A stretch of DNA of 64,000 bases from Selaginella moellendorffii (Eukaryota > Plantae > Lycopodiophyta): NCBI RefSeq assembly GCF_000143415.4, contig NW_003314340.1:676161-740160 (forward strand). Reading direction: 5' to 3'. The stretch's first letter is position 1. Each line of letters starts with the position of its first letter. Positions 1 through 11,088 of the stretch are shown here, piece by piece. The notes under the pieces were generated by a model that saw only the letters and a program-made list of their open reading frames with translations, ran no database searches and was not told where the DNA came from. The position numbers and the translations under genes were made by a program.

Positions 1-1018
1 ACCCAAACACCAACTCTTGTCACCAAGTTATATACTTGTCCAACATGAATGTGATACCCCAGGTACGAGATAAAAGTTCATAGACAAGCATAAACTAAAT
101 GACCACTCGAATCCAACTCAACCGCAATAAGCTCACTAATGCATTTAGCCAATAGCTCTGAGCATGCCTTGAAGAGGTTAACTATGCGTAATCAACACTT
201 AGTCGAAACTAAAGTGAAGACCATGAGATAGACTCATATCGGTACACAACCTCCTTATAGACAAAGCTATAGTATGGGTACCAACATCTCAATCTCAAAC
301 AACTAAGTTGGATATCACCATCCTCAACCAAGGCGTAGGGCCACCAAGACCAAGTCAAGATCAGCGAGAGCTCACTACTCTCATAGAGTCTAACAAAATG
401 CAAGATAAAAACTGCCACCAAACACAATGCTATAGAAGAAAGGCACAAGGGTCACCTTTCTTAGAAAAGTGCAATGGCCACTTTTCTACACCAACTCCAG
501 ACTCTATCCAACTCAATTGTCTTAGCCCCAAAAGTCAACATCCCTTTCGGGCTGCATTATACAAACTATTTACTAAAGTCTAAGTCAACCAAAGTCAACT
601 CCAACCCCTTCACTAGTTTGTACTGGTTTACGAAAATGGAATGGTTTACGGCAAAGTAATCAATAGATCAGCCATTGGAAAAGCTTAAGAAAATTTGTGG
701 AAAATTTTCCATCCTAGAGTCTCAGTCCAGGATTGCAAACTTTTAAGACTCAATCTCATGGAACCACCGATAGGCTAACATTAATCCTACCAACTCAAAG
801 TGTAACCTCGAGTTGCTAATGTGCCTTACTCACGAGCCCAAGCGCAAACTCATATAATACGGTACAAATGGTAACCAAATCCATACCCAAGGAACAATTG
901 CGAAGTCTTTGCACCCAAATGTGTACCCACTTGGATTATCGTTTTCATCTCTGCGTATGCAACTAAATTAATTGCCCAATCTCATTGAATAGTACTCACT
1001 GAAACTCATGATACCAAA
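1..1018 (-). mobile_element. Internal 5' region of an LTR retrotransposon, truncated by the window edge, with tRNA-iMet PBS
   Basis: The minus strand reads ...GCACTACA-TT-TGGTATCA: an LTR end (CA) followed 2 nt later by the canonical tRNA-Met PBS core (plus-strand tgatacca at 1009-1016). No recognisable intact gag in the window. Confidence 0.7.
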
Positions 1019-2178
1019 TGTAGTGCACGTGGTTTTTACCCTTTATCCTATGGTGATTTACCATAGGATAACACCACGAAGTAGAACCTAAACCCTCTTT
1101 GTGCCATGTGACAGATGCCACGTGTCACATACCACGTGTCCAAAGGACAGTGGTGTGGAACCCGAGGTTCAGAGCCTTGGGACTGAACAAAGGAACGATG
1201 CCAAACTCCCAAGCATGAAGCCAAGGAGTGATGGAACCGAACCATGGAGCAACTCCTGAGCATACAGCCTAAAGAGTGAAGGGACAGGAGCCTAGAGCGA
1301 CTTGGAACAGTTGTGGAGCAACTAGCATCCTAATGCCAGGACCAGCACGCAAAATGGAGCCAAATGGAGTTTGGTGCTATTTCGGCATACTGATGGCCTA
1401 ACGTGAGGACATGGGTACTCCACCAGCTAGCATGGAATGGAACTTGGGCTTAGACCCAAGCCGGACGCAGAACAAGGACAGGCACGCAAGCGGGAGTTAG
1501 ACTATGCCTCAGGTTGGTCAGCCATACCCGACCTACCCACTATCCCTACTACACACTTGGAACCCTCTATAGCCTGCCCCCCCCCCCCCCCCCCCCCCGC
1601 TTGAGGAACACATGCTTTGGGCTTTCACCCCAAGCCTCCCTTAGTATCAGGAGTTAGTCTCTAGGACAAGCTTGAAACTTACTAAATATGGAATGGTGCT
1701 AGAATGTGAATTTGGACACGGGACGAACACCATTGTGTTCAAGCCAATCTTTACATTCCATAGATATGCCAAATGAGCAAATCTAGACACTTTCCATAAT
1801 TAGCATTTAGGACCGAAATGAGACTAACACTAAAAGCATGATAGTGAAGGTGTTTGGCAGACACGGTAAGTTATCTTCCAGCGATATTGAAGGACTAATC
1901 TCAATACGCGAGGGTTTTTTGTCAAGCTAATGCAAAACAGAGCAAAAGAGAACTAAGAGCCAGGCCGAGTATGCTCAACTAGAAACACATAGGAGTTCCT
2001 ACCTTATGTCCATCTGGCTAAATACAGGTGCTAAGCCCAGTTTACTAACACTTGAATAAGAGGGGCTGATAAAGGGAACCAACAATACCAACCTCCTGCC
2101 ATCGTGGCAGTAAGGTAAGAGTGTCGATAAGGACTAGTCAACAAGTAACTTTCGATACCCAAAGTCACATTCGCAACA
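1019..2178 (-). mobile_element. 5' LTR (about 1.16 kb) of a tRNA-Met-primed LTR retrotransposon
   Basis: Termini are TGTAGTGCAC...CACATTCGCAACA. It is colinear and similar to the solo LTR at 8597-9545, including the poly-C tract and the 'gctttcaccccaagcctccctta' block, and has an adjacent PBS. Confidence 0.85.
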
Positions 2179-2679
2179 CAATGTTAGTATAGATTGTCAT
2201 TTTTATCTGCCACCATCACTCTATAGCATTTATATGTTGCCATCTCTTCCTTCAACATCTTGTAAACAATTGTATGTCGTGTGATAGCACCATCTAGAAT
2301 AAAGTATATTACCTACAACTAATATCATCTATATATAAGTAATTCTAGATCTTACATTCCACTATAGGTGGCCTAAAAATTCTATATTTCACACTAGGTG
2401 ATATAGTGTTTCCCAAGGGATGTTATTCTTCAACATGAAGAGAAAGCATGTGTATACATAATAATTTAAAATTCTAAAAGCTCTTATGTTTACAAGTAAA
2501 CTATGATTATGAAGCCCCATTTCTAAGATTGATATTTCAAGAAACTCAGTATTTTTTATGTCATAATAAATAAACCTCATTCCCAAGATTAAAACTTAGT
2601 ATATAAATTACCAAGAAAAGTTACAATACAATAAATTATATAGTATAATAAATTTGAAAACAAGTTATGGGCATATAGC

Positions 2680-3040
2680 TGTCAGGAATCCCCCAATTCT
2701 TGCCACATTCCTGACTCTCGCCGGATTCCTGACCTGCAGACCACATTCCTGACTCTCGAGACACTTCCCTATTCCTGACTCTCGAGACACTTCCCGATTC
2801 CTGAGTCTCGAGCCACATTCCTGATGATGATGTGGCGCCTCCTCGACCTCAGCTATATTTAGGCCGTCCTCGATCCAAGAGTGGTAGAGCTTCATCAACC
2901 TATAGTATATATAAGTTAGCCTTGTTCCATTTCTCCACAATCTGAATCAACACCAGTCTAAGGCTTCTTCTTTGTTTTCACTAGCTTTTTCTCTTTGTCT
3001 TTAGCATTTTCCAGTCTTGATCTTGCTGGGGGTCTTGACA
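2680..3040 (+). repeat. 5' LTR of chromovirus (361 bp)
   Basis: Direct repeat of 7852-8186 with an internal ATTCCTGAC(T/C) repeat array. It has one extra 26-bp unit relative to the 3' LTR, and TATATATAA at 2906-2914. Confidence 0.97.
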
Positions 3041-3137
3041 GTTTGATTCAGATTGTGTTTTTTACTTTTCTTTTAGCTCGTTTTGATTATTTGATTGCCT
3101 TTGTCTTTTTCCCCCTTTCTTTTCTTTCTTCTTGCCA

Positions 3138-4109
3138 ATGGAGTCTCCAAGCCATCCTGATTTCTTTGCCGAAGTCCTTGCAAAAATCCAGTCTGAGAAT
3201 ACCGAGCTGAAAGCGACCCTTCTTCGCATGCAGCAGGAGCTTGCTTCACTTTCGGCTCAAGGATCCAGCAAAGTTCCTGAACCGAAGGTGAGTTTCTCGG
3301 TGAAATTTTCAGGCAAGCGTTCGGAGCTTCGTGGATTTTTGAACCAAATGGAGCTGATCTTTGCACTTCAACATCGGCGGTACCCCACTCCCGAGTCTCA
3401 AATCGGCGCGATTGGGACGTTGCTCGAGGGTGTAGCTTTGTCATGGTTTTCTCCTCTTCTGGAGAAGAGCATGAAAGGGGTCGTGGTTCCGGAGCTGATG
3501 GATCTTTAATTGTTCAAAGAGAAGCTCGAAGCATGTTTTGGCGAGACGGATCGGGTTCAGGCTGCTACCACAAAGATGAGACGTCTCTCTCAAGGGTCTC
3601 GTCCTGCCTCGATCTACGCTGCAGAGTTCCAACTCCTTGCCTTGGACACTCAGTGGGATGAGTGAGCCCTGATTGACCAATTTCGTTTCGGCCTCAACAA
3701 CGGTGTCAAGGATTTGTTGCTCACCATGGAGGATCCCAAGGACCTGTCGGATGCCATCAACAAAGCTGTTCGATGTGACAATCGTCTCTTTGAACGTCGT
3801 CAGGAAAGTCGCCGCGCCGCTGTTTTTCCGTCCCAGACTCAGGAATCCCAGCTTGAGTCTTCGGGGCATATTCCTGAACCTACTACTCCGGTTCCGATGG
3901 ATATTTCTGGTACTCCCCGACTCATCAAAGGGAAGTTGAGTCCTGCTGAGAAGCAACGTCGAATATCTCATAATCTTTGCCTCTATTGTGCTGATCCTAA
4001 TCACAAAGCAGCTGTATGTCCCAAGAAGCCTCCTCGACTGCTCGAGCTCACTCCGCCTCAAAGTCCACCTCTATTGCAGTCGGGAAACGACCCTGTCCAA
4101 ACAGAGTAG
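3138..4109 (+). pseudogene. gag: gag of chromovirus, interrupted by TAA 3507 and TGA 3663
   Basis: KFSGKRSELRGFLNQ capsid-type motif and CLYCADPNHKAAVC (CCHC knuckle); the fragments 3132..3509 and 3714..4109 are in the same frame. Confidence 0.9.
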
Positions 4110-7100
4110 GAGCTGTCTGTTTGGACTCCCCGAATAAAAATCACTTTTCTTCTTTATCAAGCTCCTCACCACCTTTCATCAAAGCCACCACCAATTCCCG
4201 CAACTTCCGCATCCCATGTCTCCTTTCTTTCATCGGACAATCAGGACTCAAGGCTCTGGCATTACTGGACTCGGGTGCAACTTCCTGCTTCATGGACACG
4301 GACTTTGCTGCCCGACATCACGTTCCTCTTTCTCCTACCATACGGGATTTGAGGGTTGAAGGCATCGGCGGGCATTTTGTGTCTCCATCTTCTGGACTTA
4401 GGGAAACGTTGCCAGTTCAAGTACACATCGGGTCCACCGTCACCGATATCGCCTTCAACATCATCAACAGCAAGTCCTCCTCTGTGGTGCTCGGTCTTCC
4501 TTGGTTCCAACTACATCAGCCTTAGATCTGTTGGAAGGAATTACAGCTCATCTCTCCCACGGCTTCCCCTGCTGTTCATCGAGTCCGAATCAGGAAAAGT
4601 TCCCTAAACTCAAATCGGGGTTCTGTTCATGACTCTATAAAGTTTTCACCCTCTTCTTTTTCCTCTCTTCCATCTTACACTGGACCGTATCCTCGTCTCA
4701 TCATTCCATTTAGTCGTACACCTCCTCCTATCTCCACAATCACTATGAAAGAACTCCTTCATGAAGAACCTCTTTTTCTTTTTGCTTTGCATGTTTCTCC
4801 TGTCAGTCTTCCTGAGAAGTATCATGATTTTGGGGATGTGTTTGACAAGAAAAAAGCTAGTGTACTGCCTGTTGATCGGCCTTATGATTGTCCCATTGAT
4901 TTACAGGAAGGAGCGTCACCTCCATGGGGGCCTATCTACGGGTTATCCCCGTCTGAGCTTAAGGCCCTCAAAGAGTACATGGATGAGAACCTTGCCTCGG
5001 GCTACATTCAGCATTCGCAGTCCCCGGCTGGAGCACCTGTCTTCTTTGTCAAGAAGAAGGATGGGAGCTTGCGGCTAGTCATCGACTACTGAGGTTTGAA
5101 CAAGGTGACTGTTCGGAACCGTTATCCGCTGCCCCTGATCTCGGATCTGTTGGAACGCCTCGGCGGTGCCCGCTTCTTCACCAAGATCGACCTCCGTGGA
5201 GCATACAACCTGATCCGGATCCGGCCTGGTGATGAATGGAAGACTGCGTTTCGAACCCGCTATGGCCACTTCGAGTACACTGTCATGCCATTTGGCTTGA
5301 CAAATACTCCAGCAGTTTTCCAACACATGGCGAACGACATCTTTCGGGAGTTTCTTGATCAGATGGTGATCGTCTACCTCGATGACATCCTCATCTACTC
5401 AAAAACTCAGGAGGAGCATGACGGACATGTACGCAAGGTGCTAGCGAAGTTGCGAGAACACGGCCTATACGCGAAGCTTGAGAAATGTTCCTTTGATCAG
5501 CAGTCTGTGGAGTTCCTTGGGTACATTATCACTCCTGAGGGTATCACGATGGATCCTGCCAAAGTCAAGACTATTCTCGAATGGGAGCCTCCACAATTAA
5601 TGTCGGACGTTCAGGTTTTCCTTGGCTTCACCAACTTCTACCGCAAATTCATTGATCACTACTCTGACATTGTCCTTCCTCTCACACATCTCACTCGCAA
5701 GGATGTTCCCTTCTCTTGGTCTGCTGCTGCCCAGCAGGCCTTCGACACACTCAAGGCGGCCTTTAGTTCTGCTCCTGTCTTGATCCATGCTGATTCCTCA
5801 CAACCTTTCTTCATCGAGGCTGACGCCTCCAACTTTGCCATTGGTGCTGTGCTGTCTCAACTCAGAGCGGATCACGAACTTCATCCGGTCGCTTTCCATT
5901 CTCGGAAATTTCAGCCTACAGAGATCAATTACGAAATCCACGACAAGGAGCTCCTTGCCATCGTGGATTCCTTCGGAGAGTGGCGCCGTTTCTTGGAGGG
6001 GGCGAGCCATCAAACAACAGTCTAGACGGATCACAAAAATCTCGAGTACTTTGCCACTTCCCGAGTTTTAAGCCGTCGTCAAGCAAGGTGGGCACAATTC
6101 CTGAGTCGGTTTGACTTTGTTATCAAGTACAGACCTGGAAAGTTTCAAGGTCTTCCTGATGCTCTTTCAAGGCGCTCCTATCTCAGTCTCAAGCCTGGTA
6201 ATCCTGCCTTCGATCAACAAGATCAAGTTATCCTCGGTCCTGATCGGCTTCAAGTTATGGCAATTTCCCTGGCCCCTCAGGACTCCTCCTTGATGGATGC
6301 AATCAGAAACGATCTTCAATCCGATGATCTCGCTAGCGACATTTTCCCCCATCTTCAGGTTGGACACCCAGTGACTCCCGACTGCCGGCGATTTGACGAG
6401 TTCGAGTTCTTAGATAGCTTATTGTACCGTGGGGAGCAACTTTACGTTCCTGAAGGTGATGCTCGAAGGTTGGTCCTGATGGCGTGCCACGATAGCCCGA
6501 CTGCTGGTCACTTCGGCATTGCGAAAACCTATGAGCTAGTTGCACGGGACTTTTGGTGGCCTCACATGGACAACTACGTCAAAGCTTTTGTTACCTCCTA
6601 TGACACTTGTGCCCGGAATAAGGTACCTCGCCACCTTCCTTCAGGTTTACTTCGTTCCCTTCCGGTCCCTTCAGGTCCTTGGGAATCCATCTTCATGGAT
6701 TTCTTGAGTGATCTTCCGAGTTCTGGAGGCTTCAACAGCATTTTAGTCGTGGTGGATCGCTTCACAAAGATGGCGCACTTCTTGCCATGTACCAAGGAGT
6801 TTTCGGGCGAGGACATGGCAAAACTGGTATTCAGGGAAATTTTCCGACTTCATGGGATTCCTACAGATGTGGTTTCGGATCGGGGGCCTCAGTTCATCTC
6901 TCATTTCTGGCAACGGTTTTTGCAGCTGCTTGGAGTGAAGGCCAACCTCTCTTCGGCATATCATCCTCAAACTGATGGGCAGTCCGAGCGAATGATTCAG
7001 ACGTTGGAACAATTCTTGAGGTGCTTCATCAACTATCATCAGGATAACTGGTTCGATATCCTTCCCCTTACTGAGTTCTCCTATAACAACTCTGTTCACT

Positions 7101-7840
7101 CCTCTCTTCGAGTTTCCCCCTTCTTTGCAAACTCTGGCCGAAATCCCCGATTCAATCTCTCACTTCCTTCTCCATCTGAATCCTCTCGTTCAAATCCCCG
7201 CTCTGAGGCATTTATCTCCAACCTCCAGGAAATCCACAACTCCATCTCCTTCCACCTCCACCGTGCTCAAGAATCTCATAAAACATTTGCCAATGTCCAT
7301 CATCAGGATTGTCCCCCTTACAATATCGGGGATAAAGTCTGGCTCCTCAGGCGAAATATCTCCACCACCAGGCCCTGTCCAAAACTCGATTTCAAACGCC
7401 TTGGTCCTTTCCCTATCACTGCCATCATTAATCCTGTCACTTATAGCCTTGCACTTCCCTCCTCATATCAAATTCACCCCGTTTTTCACTCCTCTCTCCT
7501 TGAGCCTTATATTCCCAGTCCTATTCCAAATCGGGTCATTCCTCCGCCTCCACCAGTGCAGCTCGAGGATGGGTCTGAGTACGAGGTTCAGGACATCCTT
7601 GATTCCAAGATTTCACGGTCTAAACTCTACTATCTGGTGGACTGGAAGGGTTACGGACCTGAGGAACGCACTTGGGAACCTGCGGACAACCTGATTCATT
7701 CTCCTGACCTTGTTCAGGACTTCCACCGCCGCTATCCTTCTCATCCCAGTCCTCATTCTTTTTCTCCATCTCCCATCCCTCGCCGCTCATCTCATCCTCC
7801 TCTTCGTTCTCGTTCACATCCTCGTTCCACTCGTTCTTGA
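4085..7840 (+). pseudogene. pol: pol (protease, RT, RNase H, integrase, chromodomain) in the -1 frame to gag, with stops at 4523, 5090 and 6023
   Basis: LLDSGAT (PR), VYLDDIL (RT), EADASNFAIG (RH), H-x6-H...C integrase Zn motif, GPF motif, and EYEVQDILD...YYLVDWKGYG...TWEP (chromodomain). All ORF pieces share one frame. Confidence 0.95.
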
Positions 7841-7851
7841 GGAGGGGGTGC

Positions 7852-8186
7852 TGTCAGGAATCCCCCAATTCTTGCCACATTCCTGACTCTCGCTGGATTC
7901 CTGACCTGCAAACCACATTCCTGACTCTCGAGACACTTCCCGATTCCTGAGTCTCGAGCCACATTCCTGATGATGATGTGGCACCTCCTCGACCTCAGCT
8001 ATATTTAGGCCGTCCTTGATCCAAGAGTGGTGGAGCTTCATCAACCTATAGTATATATAGGTTAGCCTTGTTCCATTTCTCCACAATCTGAATCAACACC
8101 AGTCTAAGGCTTCTTCTTTGTTTTCACTAGCTTTTTCTCTTTGTCTTTAGCATTTTCCAGTCTTGATCTTGCTGGGGGTCTTGACA
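7852..8186 (+). repeat. 3' LTR of chromovirus (335 bp)
   Basis: Repeat of 2680-3040, preceded by the polypurine tract. Confidence 0.97.
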
Positions 8187-8596
8187 ATACCCACTATGAA
8201 AATTTACTTTGCTATATATATATATATATTCTTTTCTACATATGCCAATTTTCTAAAGAAATAGACTACAGGGAATATAGACTACACTATTGTGGTAGGG
8301 CACATTGCCATACTGCCATTTTCTTGTGTGAAATTGCATTTCAATCTTGGAAATGTAGATAAAATTGATTCTTTAATGTGATATCACTTTTGAGTCTTTC
8401 AAAAAAACATCATTTCTTTTATTATTACATAAATGACTCCCAAAAACTCTTATTAGGGATTCACTTCAAAAATATACCTTAGTCTTCTCATATGAGAGGA
8501 TTGTGATATAGGTAAGCACCAAAGTCCTTGATATGAATTAATATATAAATTATAAATGTCATAAAAAGTTTTATGAAATAGATTTATTGGTGCTTT

Positions 8597-9545
8597 TGTA
8601 GTGCACCTGAATTTAGAGCCGAACTCGCACTACGAACGAGGGTCCGGTACAATCCCACGAGCACCAGCTCCCCATATCCAGCACCTACACGCAAAATGGT
8701 GTCAGACGGAGTCTAGCACAATTTTGGCATACCGGTGGCATAACGCGAGAAGGAGGGTACTCCACCGACTAGAGCAGCGTGGAGCTTAGGCTTAGACCCA
8801 AGCCGGACCCAGAACAAGGAGCGACACAACCCAGCGGGAGCCAAACTAATGTTTCAGGTGGTCGGACATGCATTCCAACCACTATCCCTATTATATATTA
8901 TATATTTGGAACCCCCCACAGCCCCCCCCCCCCGAACCCCCCACAGCCCCCCCCCCCCCCCTCTGAGGGACACACGCTTTGGGCTTTCACCCCAAGCCTC
9001 CCTTAATACCAAGAGTTAGTCTCTGGGACAAGTTCGAAACTTACTAAATATGGAATGTCTTTAGATTGCGAATTTGGACATGGGACAAACACCATTGTGT
9101 TCAAGCCAACCTCTACATTCTGTAAATATGCCAAATGAGCAAATCTAGACACTTTCCATAAATAGCATTTGGGATCGAAATGAGACTAACACAAAGGGTG
9201 TGATAGCGAGGGTGTTTGGCAAACACGGTAAGTTATTATTTAGCGAATATTGAGGGACTAGTCTCAATATTGCGGGGGTTCCCAATACTAGCAAGTGCAA
9301 GTCAACATCATGAGTTTCTCATCACCGTGTCAAGTATGCTTGACTTAATGACAACTTAGGATTTCCTTCCTTAGTGCCTTTCCGGTCTAAGTGCACATGT
9401 GCTGACCAGTTTCTCAACTAGCTTGGGCGGAGACCATAAAGGGAACCAACAGTACCAACTTTCTGCCGTTGTGGCAGTAAGGAGAGAGTGTCCGTAAGTA
9501 CTAGCCGACAAGTATCTTTCGATACCCGAAATCACATTCGCGACA
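8597..9545 (-). mobile_element. Solo LTR of the same family as 1019-2178
   Basis: TGTAGTGCAC...CACATTCGCGACA flanked by a perfect 5-bp TSD GCTTT (8592-8596 and 9546-9550), with no PBS or PPT adjacent. Confidence 0.9.
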
Positions 9546-11088
9546 GCTTTCTACCCATTTCTTCATTTCTCTTACTTTAGACTGTTGTTTCAAAAATAAC
9601 AAAAGCACTTTTATTAATAGTAATAGTAATTTCCACATTCCTAGATGGAGTGTAATATAGAAATTATGGTAGTGAAATAAAATTAACATTTTCACATTCT
9701 TTTGCATTACAACTCTTACTCACAATTTTTCTTGCTTTTCATCAAGAAAAATTTAGATGGAAAAACCTAAAAAAAACTTTTAAATGAGGAAATAGTCTAT
9801 AATTATATGACAATTGTAAAAGTAATCAAGATATAAAGCAATCAAATCAAAATATGACAGTTGTAACAATAATCATAATCTAATAGAAACTTTTAACTCA
9901 TGTATTTACATTTTTCAATACTTTAAAGTTCATTAAAAACTTTATTTCTGTAATTTAAATTTCCTTTATAAAACCTCTAATTAATTACATTGACTTATGT
10001 AAATTTGTGTTGAGTTGAAAACTCGTGAGTTCAACTCAAGTTTAAACCACCCTAATATGATTACTATGGTGGGGTATTATGTCCCTTTGTAAAAACAACT
10101 ATATACGATTCTACCAAATTGATAAAGTATTTGTTTCTCTTATGGAAGTAGCACAATTGAAATGTAACCCATGCTATAAAACACAACCAAAAATTGTTGC
10201 CACGTATCCCCATCTAAGGGTCTTGGCGGATACAAGCACAATCTTCCAACTATGCAAGAATGAAGCATAATCTAAATCACCTGCGTTTCGTGGAGTTCGC
10301 TGCTCAATGTGTAAGTTGCTAGCGTAGATTTTCAAGTGATTATGTGGATTTTGATGCTCAGCGCATATGCCCGGGTTGGGCATCTGGAGCAAGCAATGTC
10401 CTTCACGACGATGGGCAGGGTGCCGTTCGGGACGTGGATTCAGGCTGGAGCTGCTTCGTGTTGGCGTTGGCTGGAGCTGAAAACTTCAATTTCACAAGAA
10501 AAGGGAGAGCGAATGGACAAGCAAAGCGCATCTCAAAGGAAAATCACCCCCAAAATTGGAAAAAGAACAAAGAGAAAGAAATCGTCGTCACCTCCAGCTC
10601 ATTTCTGGAGTGGCAAGCGCTCAGGCTGCTGAGCCGCCTACAAAATAGTCAAAACAACATTATTCATGGCACCAAGAATTCCATCCGGATGGTCTAGCGC
10701 ATATCTCAGGAGTCCAAGAGCCGCAGGTGCTGCGAGCCAGGTCTTGAAGATGCGCTGGTTGCATGTCCACATTATCCGGAACCGCTGAGACTTCCAAGCC
10801 GCTAGGAGGAGCTCGCTCTCGGACTCTCTTTGCGCCCTCGATCGGAACCTCTGCATCGATAGATTGCTTTAGACAAATTGCCGCGTCGGCAGTCCCGGAG
10901 AAATCGGCGGAGAATACCAACTGGTTTTTTACGGACAGCCACTTGGTGTCTGTCAATGCCATTGAACGTCATCTTCGAAATCTGATAGCTCGGTCTAGGT
11001 GTCACGAACTGTAAGATCAAAGTTACCTTCCTTTGGATGTCGAGAATGGGATCGAGCTCCATTTCTTCCATTTTTAGGGTTTCAAGAG

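Larger units (their letters stand above)
2680..8186 (+). mobile_element. Full-length Ty3/gypsy chromovirus (Tf1/sushi/Tcn1-like), inactivated by in-frame stops
   Basis: LTRs at 2680-3040 and 7852-8186 (TG...CA), flanks ATAGC/ATACC (5-bp TSD with 1 mismatch), PPT GAGGAGGGGG at 7839-7848, domain order gag-PR-RT-RH-INT-chromodomain. Confidence 0.97.

Noticed and set aside
2690-2825. Regularly spaced ATTCCTGAC repeats resembling an array
   Set aside because: They are internal to the chromovirus LTR and duplicated in the 3' LTR.
10354-10420. PPR-like fragment (MLSAYARVGHLEQA)
   Set aside because: It is a single short motif with no continuing repeats, at most a remnant.
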